The position numbers and the translations under genes were made by a program. Positions 1 to 14,234 of a DNA stretch of 64,000 nucleotides are shown piece after piece; position 1 is the first letter of the stretch; every line of letters begins with the position of its first letter. The notes below the pieces were generated by a model. That model was not told the origin of the DNA and ran no database searches. It saw only the letters and a program-made list of their open reading frames with translations. The stretch is from Lepidodermella squamata. Taxonomy: Eukaryota > Animalia > Gastrotricha. The DNA lies in the NCBI GenBank assembly GCA_047495785.1, contig JBLDXI010000015.1:5084001-5148000 (forward strand), read 5' to 3'.

Positions 1-3000
1 ACCTGAGGGAATGAAACCGTGTCAAACAGAGTATGGACGAACAGACGGCTCAGCCGAGGCAATGCCAACTTAGCCATCAAAGCGACAACTTCGCTATATA
101 GGCAGCCATCACTTGCCAAGTGGCGATTGTTCGCGAAATGACTAAACAAAAGCACTGAAATTCAGCAAAACAAAACACATGAGCTTCTATGTTACCTCTG
201 AAGCAACTTAGGCGTTCGGTTCGCCCAAACTTGAAGGGAAACAATCAACCATAAAACTTGCTGCCAGTCATCCTTAACCGCTACTTTCGCTTCATTGTTA
301 GTGATGCAACAAATCAAGCATTGCGAAGAATTATGTTCTTTAATGATATTGGCGCCCTGACCAGGAGGAAACGACTGCTCATCGCTCGCCATTTTCGCCA
401 AACTAGCCGAGAGTGCCATCGACATTTTTCGAGGCAATGGAGCGGCATCAGTCAAGCTGGGCTGAAATCCGGGAATATTGCTCAGGGTGTCTTGAAGCAG
501 GTCGGACACGCTGGGAGGCAAGAAAACCCCAACAGCAGCTTTGCCTATAACCGACAGGTCCTCCATTGGTAAGTAAAAGGTTGATGCTGGTAGGGCGAAA
601 TCGTCAAGCTCAGAAGTAGCGTGGAAAAACGACTTTTCCAAGACCGGTTGAAACTCCTCAGAGTTGAGTTTCCCTCTGAATGAGGAAGCCCTTAACATAA
701 GGGGTATGTTTGGATCGCCATTGTCACTCAATTGGCTCAAACTGGGAGCAGTTGGCAAGCCCAGATGCGGAGAGCCGTGTTTGAATGGCGAACCAGAGAC
801 AGAGTTACCAGAACTTGCTCTGGAACCGGAACGACCATCGCCCAGCTCTATACTCTTCGATTTATCTCTCGAAACAGGTAAAGAAGCCATAGGAGTTTGC
901 GCGTGGTCTTTAATCGACCCTTCGGTCGAGGTTCTCGCTTTCGAATCAGACGGAAAAAATGCATTATCATCGCTTTGGTCGTACGTAACACTCGTCGTTT
1001 TAAAACGCGAAGGTTTGAACATACTACTCAGTCGGCTGCCAATCGACGATATTGAACTCATTTGACGTCGAACGATTGGTCGGGCAACTTTCGATTCCTC
1101 AACAGTAGAATTGCCTCTTGTTACTGGGAGAGACGGTCGCTGGCCCAGCATAGGCCGAGCTGGCGCGGAGTGACCGTTATTTCTTGCGAGTTCCGAGGCG
1201 ATATCTATGCTTTCAGCTGAAGATGTCGAAGAGGAGGAGTATGTATCAAAGAGGACAGGTGGCAGCTCGTTTGTGCTAAACCTGCGCATTTTAGTTGAAG
1301 ACATCGAACTGCGGCTTTCGTGCGGAGAGTCGACGATGTTGATGTCGGGAATAGCGGAAGCGACTCTGTGAATACCAGGCGATCCATCCACGTCAATCAC
1401 AGGCAATGACAAGGCGCTATGATTGGCTCTATTCAAGGTCGACTTTCGCCTTCGATCAACCCATTCGCATTCTTTCAACATGTCGGGATCGACGGAATTA
1501 GCAACACTGCTGAGAGCGATCAAAGCTGTTCCTCGAATCGAAAAAACCGGTGAAGATCGCGACAACGAATGAAAAGCTGCGATCATGTTGAACCCGTTGA
1601 AATGGGGGCTTGAAGTTAGCCAATCCGATCCCAAAGGGGATGAGCCTATATTCGCCAATATGCAAATTGAGCTGCGAATGGAAGCAACAACCGAACTGCT
1701 GTAAGGTGACTGGTCAACTTTCAAATCGCAGAAAGCGTAATAGGTAACGATTTCACAGCATCGGCGAACGAATTCAACTGTGTTTTGATTAAGCAGCATA
1801 ATGCCCAGCTGCGAACGAGCCATCATGCTGAAAATGGAAGACGGGAAGTGGCGTCCGGGTAATTTCAGCCGTTGATGACTTCGCACGTTTGAATAGTGCT
1901 CAGCTGTACCGGGCTGGCGTGAAAACGAGCTCGAAAACGACTCCGTGAAAATTTCATCGTAAAATTGCGAATACGTTACTTGCAATGATTCGTTAGCCCA
2001 TGATTCAAGCTCTTTTAGAACAATTTCTCTTGCTCCTTGAACTTGCCACGCTCCCGGTGAGACTAAAATGCACCCATGAAGCAGGCGATGAGCAATATCA
2101 GACAAACGGAAAGGTGGCTTCAACGAACGCATCACAGTTCCCGCTATCGGGCATCTTGGCAGAAGTTCCAAGAGAGCTAGAGCCGTGCTATCGCTAACCT
2201 TCCAAACATCATCTGATATCAGCGGGGTGATTAAAGGCACGGCCCATTTCGAAAACGAAAATTGATCGTCGATTTTTAACCACAACCCCGTGATTAAACG
2301 AACTGCATATAATCGATTTTCCTCTTCGTCACTTTTCAGTGCCAATTCGAGTAAATTTCTCGAACTCTCGGAAGTAGCGAAGTTGAGGAAAGAGAGCGCA
2401 AGGCGGAAGGTTTCGGAAGACTGGGCGTTATTAATAAACGATCGGAGGACTTCAAACGCATTTGAACGATGCTCGATCAGCAGTGTTTGGCGGTGGGCGG
2501 AACTGGTACAAACGCCAAGGATGGCGAACCAAAATTGAGCACCAGCTCGTGGTAATGACCCGATCGATATGTAGCCGGAGCCATTTTCGCCAACTTGGCA
2601 CTGAGGATTCGCAACGACGGAATTCAGAGTACGGCTAAAAATTTACATTTAGACAGCACATGTTTAAAAGGTTCATCTAAACTCTTACCAGATATCACTG
2701 ATCAAGTCGCCAGCAATTTTGAAATATTCGGCTTTTCCAGAACTTGTCACACTAAGCGATGAGCCTGGAGCAGGTCCAGCTTCTTGTGTATTCGCCTCGA
2801 GTAAAAATTCCATTAAACTGATGCCGCAATGAGCTATGTCAGCTAATCGACTTTTTGATTTGTTGTTGCTCGTTCTGCCGCCATTACGTAACGCTGCTGA
2901 AATGTCTGCATGGCAGAAGCTGCCTGTTGATTTATAAAATGCGGCCAAGTTACGAAAAGCCGTAATGAGATCGCTATCAGAAACTGCCCGGCGAATTTCG

Positions 3001-5096
3001 TTGTGGGTCAGACTTAGTAACATGCGAATCGACGGCCAAACAACCGAATCCATGTGAGGAATTGCCAGCAAGAGCCCCGTGTTTTCAAGAAGCTGCCTGC
3101 AACATATAATCAAGTTATAAATGATCAGACCTATGAATATCTTTTCGACTTACTTGGCAAATGAAGAACTTTGGCTGCGAGGTCTATTAGCAACAGGCTG
3201 AGGCGGTATGAAAGAATCATTGCCGAGTTGGGAAGCAGGTTTCGGACAGTAGCGCAAAATCAGCTCTAAATGGAGACTAGACGGCTTATTATCGGCGGCT
3301 GATAATAACGACTCCGTATGATTGGTAATATCGAAAATCTTCTGAACGACATCTTGTCGCTCAGCTGTAACCATGTCACTCTGAAACGCTGCGATACATT
3401 TCTCAACCTCGTCCCAAGCGAGCGAACTGTTGCTCAGCAGGCGCTTGGACTGGTAGAAAACATGGGCCAGAATTACGGCAGCTTGTACGCCCAAGCACTC
3501 AACCTCGGCTAGATGCGGATCCGCCTGGATAATGCCAGCTTTCAACGTAGGTTTCGTGCCTCGAAGAGCGTAATGAAGGCAAGACATCGAAAACGTAATC
3601 AAAGCACTGACTAGTTGAGCCTCGATGAACGCGGAAAGAATCAGAGCAACTAGCGTGGAAACCGGGTCAGGAGGTGGTGCTATATAGGCGAAACGTTGCG
3701 AAAATTGAAAATAAAGCAACTCCTCAGCTTCCGCGGCAACAAATCCTTCGGTTATCGACCAACCTTCCTCAAATTTTCTAGGATCCGTGCTGAGTATAGC
3801 CTTTGGTATTTCCGTCGTCCACTCAGGTGTTTGAATGTTGAAAATAGCGGCGAGCAACGCTAACAGTTCCCGCTGGCGTTTGATACGCTTCTGGGAGACG
3901 CGGCTTGTTATGAAATAACCGCTATTGTCAGCGCCTGGTTCGAATCCCATAGGAGGAGCAAGGCCGTTTAATAATTCACGGCAATAATTGCCGCCACCCA
4001 AAAGCGCAAATGCCCCGGGGACTGAGTGAATGATTTTCATGAGTGTGAATCTCGCAGCCTGCCATTGAAATGTTGGCGTTTTATCTTCACCCTGATTCGG
4101 ATGCGGTTGAGGAATATCGGGAGAGACAGTGTCATCTGAAAATCGAGCTATGAGCAATTCCAAACAGCCACTTGAATAGACTGCACGTCGCGTGTGAGGA
4201 AAATTCAGCAAATGAACGAAAACCCCGGCGATTGCTTCGTTAACAGACATATAGAAAGTTTCCGATAAAGCAACTGTCATCAAAGCGTGTAACATAGGCG
4301 GAGTTGGAAGGTCAGGCGCCACGCTCGAAGCTAAACACGCCTCTGAGATGATTTCGGCAGTCAATTTTCGGGGAATAACAGTTTGATGCTTCGGAGACTT
4401 GCTTTGATTTTGCTGCCAGGCAGTTGCATTTCCCTCATTTAATATGGCAGCGCAACACGATGAAACTATCACACCAAAAAAATCCGAAACATCTTTGGTT
4501 GGGCAATGAAGAACAGCTAGTCTATACAGCTTCGAAACCAATCGAATGGTTTGAAAATAATCAGAATTTGATTGCGCAGCAGTATCCAAGCATCTGAAAC
4601 AACATTTTGTAAAATAATTTTATACCGGTTTTTTAGTTTCTAAGCACCTTGCGATTGGTATATTAGTGTTCAAACGAAATAGTATTGCCAATTCACGCGG
4701 AGATGAAACCACAAGGCGGATAGCTCTAGCCGAAGCAGCGCGAAGTGAAGTGGAATTTGATAGCAGACCAAGATGGAACCCTTGCAAAACACGCTGCTCG
4801 AACTGATTTTCAGAGATTGTCGCAGCATCTCGGGAAACACCACGTTGAGGAGCAATGCTTTTCGCAAGGGCATTCAACGTTTCCACGTTTTTACGCACAT
4901 CAGCTGGAGTCGCATTACTTGAGTAACAACTCGATATGCCATTCAAAAATCTTTCAACTAAAGTTGCAGTGCTCTCCTCGACGAAATCCTCACGCAAAAA
5001 GCTATTGCCCCGATCCCTTTGATAACCTTGAAAACAACATAAAACTCAGATCATTGATTTCCGAATCAACCGTTTCTTACCCCTGCGAGTGTTCAT
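1..5096 (-). CDS. RICTOR: Rapamycin-insensitive companion of mTOR (mTORC2 subunit), multi-exon, 3' end runs off the window
   Basis: Spliced ORFs 4620-4997, 3150-4589, 2685-3113, 192-2345 carry RICTOR-like motifs LRAASARAIRLVV..IARCL, WSITEGFVAAEAEELL, HNSSQCLICC and CLYSEVVALMAKLALPRLSRLFVHTLF. ATG at 5096 in a short first exon (MNTRRG|gtaaga). The last visible exon ends CAG|GT at the window edge. Confidence 0.88.
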
Positions 5097-5408
5097 TCAG
5101 GTCATTTTTATCAATTCAAATAAAATTCAGCTAACAGTAATAATAACAAACGATTAGTACAAGAGGACAAAATATATTGCAAATTCGAATATTTTTCAAC
5201 AACACCGACTAACAATATAATGGACTAGAACCGGCGAAACTCGACTAAAATGACAAGCAGTTTGTGAGAAAATACGAGGTTCAAAATTCTGCAACACTAT
5301 CTCAGATCCAAAACATCGAAGAAGAACCACGGGAAATTCATATAAATCGTAAGCACAATGGGGTAAATCTCGGCTTAGTTAATTATAAGCATGAGTCGAT
5401 TTTGGCAG

Positions 5409-5867
5409 TCAAGGGCAGTATTTCTGAAAGAAAATAAGATATTTTAAAAGATCAAAGATGATGTAATCTTTACCTCCATTCGGCTTTTGAGCTCGTCGAC
5501 ATTGGCTCCAATGAACATGTCTACTTTCTCCTTCTTGTGATAAAAGAAAAATGTTGGCATTGCAGAGACAGATAATTCCATTGCAAGATCTTCTACTTCG
5601 TCGACATCACATTTGTACAGCGCAATGTTATTTTTGAATTTGTCGTTGGTTGACCATAAATTCTGTAGCGCGGAGAAATCATCGAGATGTATATTCCATT
5701 CAGTAGATGGGTGAACTAAATCTCACCTCAACTTTTGGAGCGATAATTTTGCATGGCCCACACCAAGTAGCATAAAAATCAATCACGACAAGCTTGTCGA
5801 TCGAAACTTCCAAAACTTGATCAAATTCTTCCTTTGAGTGGATAGCAATAAACGAATCTCCGCCCAT
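5409..5867 (-). CDS. TXN: Thioredoxin (3 exons)
   Basis: VVIDFYATWCGPCKIIAP active site, then YKCDVDE..VSAMPTFFFY..GAN; two GT-AG introns; stop TGA at 5409-5411. Confidence 0.93.
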
Positions 5868-6867
5868 TTCAAAATTAGGAATGTCTAAATACAAATTTGC
5901 CTAAATTAATGTAACGAGAGAATCAGAATATTTGTAAAAAAAACCTATGCGCAACGAATAGAACGACGCAGCCCATCACATAAAATTTGGAAAGCAGATG
6001 CACTGTCGAGACTAATATATATTTAGAGGATCGATCGCATAGGTAATCACGCATAGAACACTCGAATTTCGCATTAAAATTCAATCCAGTTGTCGAAATG
6101 ACATTAATTGTTTATGAATAGTCTCACTCCAACTAAAATGAATCGATTAAAATCACGTTGAGTGGGAACGCAGGTGTGAGGTGAAATAAAATAAAACTGA
6201 ACCGTTCAAGACTATCCATACTTATGTATGATGTTAAAATTGAGATGCCCGTGGAAAAATAAATCAAGGACAAAACACACGAATATATATGTACAGAGCA
6301 GGGTATTAGCTCGTATCACTCCGTTATTTTTATATGTTAGGCTGAAAGGATCTTCAACTGTAACTGCAACTGTCGTAAATTTCACTTAGCACATTATTTT
6401 TAAGGAATTTCAGGCAGTGAAACCCAATGTTTAGAAAATTAATATTAGCGATGTAAACAGGCAAAACCAAGATGTTCGAGATTTGGTAAAACAACACCAG
6501 TCATTAAAGTCTGGAGTACCGTGTGTTCGTATGCGCGATTGCAGCCTGATCATAATTACTGTTGTTTGTTTTATTGCAGGTTTTTTCGCAATAATCCCCG
6601 TTCCGGTACCGTGCCTTTATGCAACTGCGATGGACATTACCGTTCGATTAATGGAATCGAATTCGCGCGAAGGATTGATGTACCGGGCGCATTTTTTTCC
6701 AGTAGTGCTGTTTTACCAGATCACGAACGAAGAGAGAAAGTCATGATTCGCAGAGTTGAATTTGACTGTTATAATCGATCATCCAATCAATAAAATAGAA
6801 CCTTACAAGAGCTATGAAAAATAACCTGCCCATGTAAACTACAGATATCTAACAGATATACAGATAC

Positions 6868-6888
6868 ATATATATATATATATATATA
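6868..6888. repeat. (AT)n microsatellite
   Basis: atatatatatatatatatata seen directly. Confidence 0.9.
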
Positions 6889-7390
6889 CAGATTACAGAT
6901 ATATAACGTTGAATGCAGTGCGTTAATATTTATGAGCTTCCAGCATGGGAAGAAGGATAAATCGAGCGCATAAAGTGTGACGATAAATAAGTACAATTAT
7001 TAGCAGTCCGCCGCCCAACTATGATGTAAGTAACCCTACAACCTTAATCTGACCACTGGCCAGAATCAAATCCAGTAATCCGCAAATTAAACGTGCTAGG
7101 TCGAATCTTCCCTAAATACAGGAAAATCCAAATAGTTGGATCAAAGTACCGGTTACAATAAGCCAGACCGAAATCCGATGAATGCAAGATCTTGGTGCAT
7201 TAACAGCTGTGATTAGATCGCTGGGAATACAAATTATTACTATTGGGCGTAACAGGCGAACCAGCAGGCGAATGACTCAAAATTAGCTTGCAGCTGCATC
7301 GATCCTTTCCGATGGAACAAAATTCGGCTATGACGCACCGGCAGGGGTTACATTTTCGGTTTGAAAGAGAAAGACCATGTTTAGCTTTAT

Positions 7391-7440
7391 GGTTAGGTTA
7401 AGGTTAAGATTAGGGTTAGGAGAGGCTTTAAGGTTAAGTT
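7391..7440 (+). repeat. Degenerate telomere-like repeat (TTAGG/TTAGGG/TTAAGG units)
   Basis: ggttaggttaaggttaagattagggttaggagaggctttaaggttaagtt. Confidence 0.55.
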
Positions 7441-8566
7441 GTGGGTTTTTCCTAGAAGTTGACCCATACTAATAGAGCAAGAGAAAGCAAGAGATAGCAA
7501 GAATGCAAATGCTGGAACGGTTTCTTATGCACAATCAGGGAATATCAAACAGGGAAACAACGATGTACGACGTGCGACGTTCCTCATTCCGAATTAAAGG
7601 AGCGTTAAACCAGAGCAGTTTGAATATTTGATTTCTCCAGCTTCTTCGTCTTTTGGGGTGCTCTTGTAGCTCGGGAGTTTCGCATCTCCGTTATGAAGGC
7701 TTAACAGTTTTGGGGTCACCTCGGCTTAACAGTTGGATTTTCAACTAAAATATACGGCTGCTCTGTTAGCGGGTTAACTTCATAAAATTCTCGCCGATAA
7801 TTTATTAAAAATCTTATATAAGCAACGAATGCAACAAACTAATGACTAAATTGTCAGTACTCAAAATAATTTAATGGAAATTTTTTTGCGCGCAATTTTT
7901 GAAAAGTTTCGGTTTGGGATGTTGCGCGACGCGCGATGCTCCACTTTTGAACCTCGGGTTGGACACGGCGTGTGAGGGCTTGATCGAAGATTGGGCTCTA
8001 AGCATTGAGCATTGTCCAAGAACCGTGCGAATTCAGCCGACAGGCTCCTGTCGCGTTGTTTCTCGCTGACTTGAGTTTAACAATTAACTGCCTGTTGCCT
8101 GTCAGATTGCAGAATTTAGCCATCTTTCTATTAGCTCAAAGCTTGCGCGAGCGCAAAAGACTGCCGACAAATAGTCTACGAACACTTCTTAAATTGTTGA
8201 TTATTTTTACTACATTCGTTGTATTGCTGTGTACTGATTGTTGCGACTTATGAAACGTAGTTTAGTTTAGCGAATAATTATATGTTATATGGTTTCATAT
8301 GCAGGTTTCAGTTCCTATCTTAGCTTAAATGAATGTTGCCAATAGCCCGTAATACATAATGCTTTGACTAGGGATTTGGGCTGTGGCAGCGATATGAAAG
8401 CTAGATACTAGGTACTCCACATCACTAGGCTTCTAAGGCGAAAGTATGTCCAATTTTCAATTTTCTAGCGCTGCCTCGTTTCAATAAATATATGCCGTTT
8501 CAGCTTCACAATGCGGGAAAGAGCTTTTTTATGTCTAATTTCAAATGATCCTATAGACTTTTGAAT

Positions 8567-10292
8567 ATGCAAAACAGTTTTCATAACAATATTGCAGTCA
8601 TCAAACCCAGTAATGTCGCCGCATCCCCGGATGAAAATGTTGGTCATACAAGTGGTGAGTGCATTCTATGTAACCAGCTATTTAATATCTTCCAATCTTC
8701 ATTAGAGACAGGGAAACCTGTTTATGGTGGTTATGGCGATTTCTCGTCATCTCAAAAGAGCATGATGATGAGAACTGTGTTCAGTACTGTTCCTGACGGA
8801 GGCTCACAGCAGGCAGTGGTTGATATGATTGCAGAACGAGATCGAACTATTGAGAACCTGATGAGTCAACTATCGCTTGCCAATAGGGAACGCGCAATCC
8901 TCGAGGGCACATACAATGCATCGCTTAATCGTCTAAGGCAATCCGTCGTCAGTCAAGGCGACAGCTCTGCAGCTGAGGCTGCTCTTGAAGCCCGTTTGGC
9001 GGCTCGAGATTTCGAGTTCTCTAGGGCTCAAGAACAGTGGCTAGATGAGCGAGAAAAACTATTGGTTGACCTGGAGGATGCTATTCACCAGAGAGATGAT
9101 TCACTGAGACGGCAGCGCGAGTTGGAGCAGCGACTCGCTGCCACAGATCAAAAGACTCGAGAAAGAAGCGTCAAACTAGCTCAAGTGAAAGAAAAATATG
9201 AGCGTTATAAGGAACGTTACCGTGAATTGTTCGAAGTCAAGAAGCAAATGGAAGAATATTTGGCTAAATTACCGACTGAATATGAACTTAATAAAGCTAA
9301 TAGCGAAATTGCTCGTCTGGAAAGAGAAGGCTCAGCTCTCAAGGAAAAATGCAACTCGATCGATAGTGAGCTAACGAGTGTTCGCCAACAAAAACTCGAC
9401 TTGGAAAATGTGGTTTCTCAGCAAGCTGCAGAACTCGTCGAAATGAAGTCGGAAATTGAACGGCTTCAAAGTGAATTGAAACCGGTATTACAGCTATCAA
9501 ATGACAGGTCTGGCTTAGCTAGTAAGCCGTTGGAATATCAGATCGGCGTTTATAAGAAGATTGTGGCTGACCTGGAGAAAGAGGTTGATAAGCAGAAGCA
9601 AGTAAGCTTTAAATGGTTGAAAGTGTTCATTTTATTGCGATTGCTTTTCTAGATTGGTCAGCTTTACTATAACCAGGTGCAAATTCAAAAGAAAGCGACG
9701 GAGGATTTGCGCAAAGAACTCTCGGAGAAAATATCGAAAAACGAAGCGGATATCCGCGTTCTCCAAACGGAACTCGACTCAAAAGAGTTGGAAAATAACC
9801 GTTTACTAATCGACTTGCGAAAACTGCAATCAGCAAATCAAGATCACTTGGTGCTAATCGAAGATTTGAAGCAGAAGTGAGCTCGAAGTCGATTTTTATT
9901 TTATTTGTTTACGTTATATAAATTTCAGAGTTCGAAATTTTGACTCGATTGCTTCCGGCGATGCGGGGGCTCTGCACGAAGATCTGGTCGAGAAAATGTA
10001 TCGATGTGTTGATAAGTGCACTCGCTTAGAATCAGCCTTGACTCGTCTCATTCAAGTCGCCGTTGAATACGAAGACAAACGGATATGCACGAGAATGGCA
10101 AGCTCTGTTGACGTGACCAAGTTGCTGTCGACTACGATACCTGTTGTGGTTTTCGAAGATGATCTTGATACCTCAACCAAACTAATCGCTCTTTTAAAAC
10201 ACTCGGATACGATTGCTGAAAGCCTGGATCAAACTCACGAACGTTTGATGCGCGCAGTTGCGACCGTACAGGCTGAAGCGTTCCCTTGGTGA
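8567..10292 (+). CDS. Long coiled-coil protein, CEP85/CEP85L-like centrosomal protein
   Basis: Spliced ORFs 8561-9652, 9677-9880, 9996-10292. Heptad-rich; MEEYLAKLPT resembles the CEP85 motif LE(K/R)YLADLPT. Start position uncertain. Confidence 0.5.
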
Positions 10293-10654
10293 ATTTCCTC
10301 TAGTCATGATTTTTTTATATTGTGGATTTCCTTGTCTTATTGTTATTGTTTTAACATCAATCCTCGATCGTTCACGCTGTCACCTTATTATCAAAAAATA
10401 CACCATTGCATGTTTCTTAACCATTTAAATTCACCGGATTGTGACGATTAATTGTTTTTCGAACAAAAATAAACTCAGAGACTGAATATTTTTATTGAGA
10501 TTTTGTAATGTGAAGAGCAAAAACAAAACTGGTCGGTGCGTCTTATTAGAAAGCAAAATTACTTCGGCAAGTGCACTTTGATAAAACAAAATGAGCATCA
10601 AATTAAAAACAAAAGATCAATTCTATTGCAGTCACCGATTCACAGATATACTAT

Positions 10655-12648
10655 TCAGATTTTCGAAGAATGCTGATGAGCAAAGTGGACCTTCTTAGGA
10701 TCGTTGAGATCAACCGGGCGGCCCTTTGACGATGGGGAGCTAGGCGGGATACGTCTACTCACAACCGGCTGTTCTGGTATTCTTCCAGTCGACGAATGCG
10801 AACGAACAGGCTCACGCGCAATCATGTGAGCACGTATCACTCGTTGTTGAGGCTGAGTATTTTCGGTGCCTGATTTGCGGCCAGTGAATGAACCGGATTT
10901 CAACGTAGACTGAGAGACCGAACTATTTTCACGTGTAACTGTATAAACTGGTGCCGCGTTTCCAGCTGCCGAGCCTCCGGGTGCAAAAAATGGTAAAATT
11001 GGGACTTGATTGCCAGGAGGAGCAGCTGTATAACCTTCATTTTCCGATTGCTGATCGGCGGTTTCTTCAAGCTCGTTATCTGAAATGAATTTTATATGAA
11101 CCCAGTAACTTCAAATTTGTTAAATAATTACCGTTGTCATGCGGCCTGAACATGCCCAGGGCTTCCATGTTCAATGCACAGACACCTCGCATAAACGCCT
11201 TCTTCATGTTTTCTTCGTACCACTCGCGCTCTTTGTGCAAGCGTTGAACTTCAACTCTCGAGGCTTCGAGCGCTTCATTAGCTGATGCCAATTTAGCCTC
11301 ATAGTCATTCGTCAGCTGCAGGCAAACTTCTTGAGCTTTGGCTTGACAAGCGCGCTCTACTCGATGGCGCCATTTTCCAACCAGCAACGAATGCCAAGCG
11401 TTCCAAACCTGGCGGTAAAGCGTTCTTTCGTAATGCTGAGCGGCCAATTTTGAACAGAAAGCTTCCCGCCGCTTGTCCGCATGTTGATGCCGCCATTCAG
11501 AAAAGCGTCGCTGCATTTCTAGCCGGTCACGATGCCTGTGAAGCGACTGAGTCAAATTCGAAATGACCTGGTCTTTACGAGAGAGTGATAGCTCGTAAGT
11601 CGCCAAGAGCTCGCGAACGGAATCGACCTCTTCACGCAGCGAACGCAGCTCAGAGTTGTGGCGATCTTTCTCTTTATTTAAAAGGTGATGGAAATTTCCG
11701 GCAATTCGACATTTTGCCTGCCCGAACTCAGCGAGAATATTGCGTTTCAGCTCGCCGCTCCATTGATCGAGTAAATTTTCAGTTCGAAGCAGATCGCCAT
11801 CCCCGCCTGTATTCGCCAGCTGCTCCAGCGCACTGGCTTCACTCACATTAGCCAGATTATTAGCCGTTGGCCGTGAATTTGCAGAGTACATCAAACCCTT
11901 CGTCAAACGGCCGGTTGGCTTCTTCTGAGGGGATCTTTTCACTGACTGCTTGACGGGTGATTCCTTCTCAGGAACAAATCTATTCTTAGGCAAGGCTCCG
12001 TTTCGAAATACTGAAATTGAAATATTCAAACTGTGCACTCGAGTTACTATATTTACTTACATGACTCAAATTCTGAAGTTGATGCTTCTGATTGCAGGTG
12101 ATTGTTCGAACCAAAATAGGGACGTGAATGACTTGATCTCGTTTCGAAACCACTAAGATCGTGCTTATCCTTCTCTTTCCGCGAGATTTCTTCTTGAGTA
12201 GAAGCAGACGAAGCTGATAGTTCTTTGCCGATAATATCTACGATGTCGCCAGTTGGATCTGATGATTCCAGTAAATTCTTTGGAGGATCTTTGCGGACCT
12301 GAGTTGGCTTGACCGGGCGAGGATTTTCATCGTCCGATACATCAACCAGCCGTGCTGAAGAGAAGGCGTGCCCTTGTGGGTACGTGTCTACCTCGCGCGC
12401 TACTTGCCCCAAAAATTGCTCGACAATCGCTGGGATACTCTCGACGTTCGGCATTAAAACAGCAGATTTTAGAACTGATTCGTACTCATCCTGTTAAATT
12501 ATTTCGAATGAAAATAGGCTGGCATGGATTAAGCTGAACACACCTGAAGACGAGACGAAACTGAGCTGCCTCGGGACTCCAGGCCGTCATTGTTAGGGGG
12601 TGCTTCCCCGTAGGCATCATCAGGTGATGCTGATCGAGCAGAAGCCAT
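10655..12648 (-). CDS. POC5: Centrosomal protein POC5
   Basis: SRGSSVSSRLQ|DEYESVLKSAVLMP N-terminal motif, Sfi1-like W-containing repeats (FSEWR, VWNAWH) and YEENMKKAFMRGVCALNMEA. Confidence 0.88.
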
Positions 12649-12790
12649 GGTTAATATTACCTAATTTGAAATAAATGAGTTGCTGTATTTTAAAATATAC
12701 TCAATAACGGGTCGCAGATCAAACAAAATATCATCATAATTTCTTAGCTCTAAACAACTTCGGATGAGAATAATTTTTAAGTCATGCAGT

Positions 12791-14177
12791 TCATTTGAGA
12801 AGATCGCGGGAGATAATTATGCGCATGACTTCATTCGTGCCCTCCAAAATTTGATGAACTCTTGAATCTCTCATATACTGCTGCACCGGGTAGTCCTTGA
12901 GATAGCCATAACCTCCATGAAGTTGAAGAGCTTGGTTGCAAATCTGAAGCAAGAATAACACGATGTAAAGGCAAATAGAAATGAAATTTAACAAACATCG
13001 AAACAAGCGTCAGTTGCAAAGAGTTTGGCCATAGCGCAGGCAACTGCCGTATCTGATCTTTTTTCTTGCAGAGCACGTGCTGCATTCCGAACCCTAGATT
13101 GCTAAGTTTTAGATAGTACTTCGAAGCATAACGTAACATTTACATCAGCCGAGCTGCGTTTAAATTCGTAGCCATTTCCGCCAATTTGAATTGAGTATTT
13201 TGAAACTCTGACAGGGTTTGTCCGAACAATTTCCGCACCCGCACGTGGTCAATCGTATGCTCGATTGCAGCTTGGGCAGCTCCTAAGCTGCTGGAAGCGA
13301 TCGAAGTTCTACCACCATTCAAACCATTCATCGCGATTGAGAAACCTTGTCCGACTTGACCGAGTAAATTAGATTTCGGGACTTTGCAATCTTCAAGAAT
13401 TACTGCCCGAGTTGGTTGCGAATTCCAGCCAACTTTTCGCTCTTTCTTGCCAAATGACAGACCCGGGATTCCATCTTCGACCAAAATGCATGATATTCCC
13501 TTAGGACCTTGTCCTCCAGTTCGGCACATTATTAGATAGACATCAGAACGGCCTGAGATGAACGCTTTAGTACCGTTCAAGACATAATGATCACCCTTAT
13601 CCACGGCTTTAGTTGATAATGCCGCAGCATCACTACCACTTCCGGGTTCAGTCAAACAATACGAACCCATTTTTTCCATGGTTGCCATCTCAGGAATCCA
13701 CCTCTTGCGTTGTTCGGGAGTTCCGTACTCATCGATCATCCACGCGCACATGCTGGACAAAAGCAAGTTAAAACATGAGATTCACCGAGAAAGAACGAAC
13801 TTGTGAATTGACAAATATGCTGTGGTGCTAACACATCCGGTGGCTAAAGCTTCAATGATCAGAGAAACTTCCAGCCTCCCAAGCCCAGATCCTCCGTGTT
13901 CTTCCTTACAATACATAGCTCCGAAACCGAGACCTGCGGCTTGCTGTAGAACTTCGGTTGGGAAGATTTCCTCTAAATCCCATTTCTGCATGTGCGGCGC
14001 CATCTCTTTTCGCGCGAAGTCACGAGCGACTTTGTAAATCTCTTTCTGCTCATCGGATAGACCAACAGTGGGGTCAATGCAGAGCGGCGGGTGTTCGCAG
14101 GCGCTGGTCGCATTTGCCCTCGATAAAATTGGACGAATAGTCGGTAAGAATTTTAGAGCTTTCCGTAAGGCTATCAT
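12791..14177 (-). CDS. ACAD8: Isobutyryl-CoA dehydrogenase, mitochondrial (4 exons)
   Basis: Basic N-terminal targeting peptide; [55 protein letters not shown]. Confidence 0.93.
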
Positions 14178-14234
14178 TGTAAAATCTAAGCAGAAATAAA
14201 TAGGAATCGCATAAACTTTATGAGGATCGAGCGA

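Noticed and set aside
6483-6996. Short ORFs between thioredoxin and the CEP85-like gene
   Set aside because: Non-ATG starts or microsatellite-derived; no homology or splice support.
12545-12562. CTGAAGA..GAAAC hammerhead-like string
   Set aside because: No stem II pairing or cleavage triplet, and it is the antisense of POC5 coding sequence.
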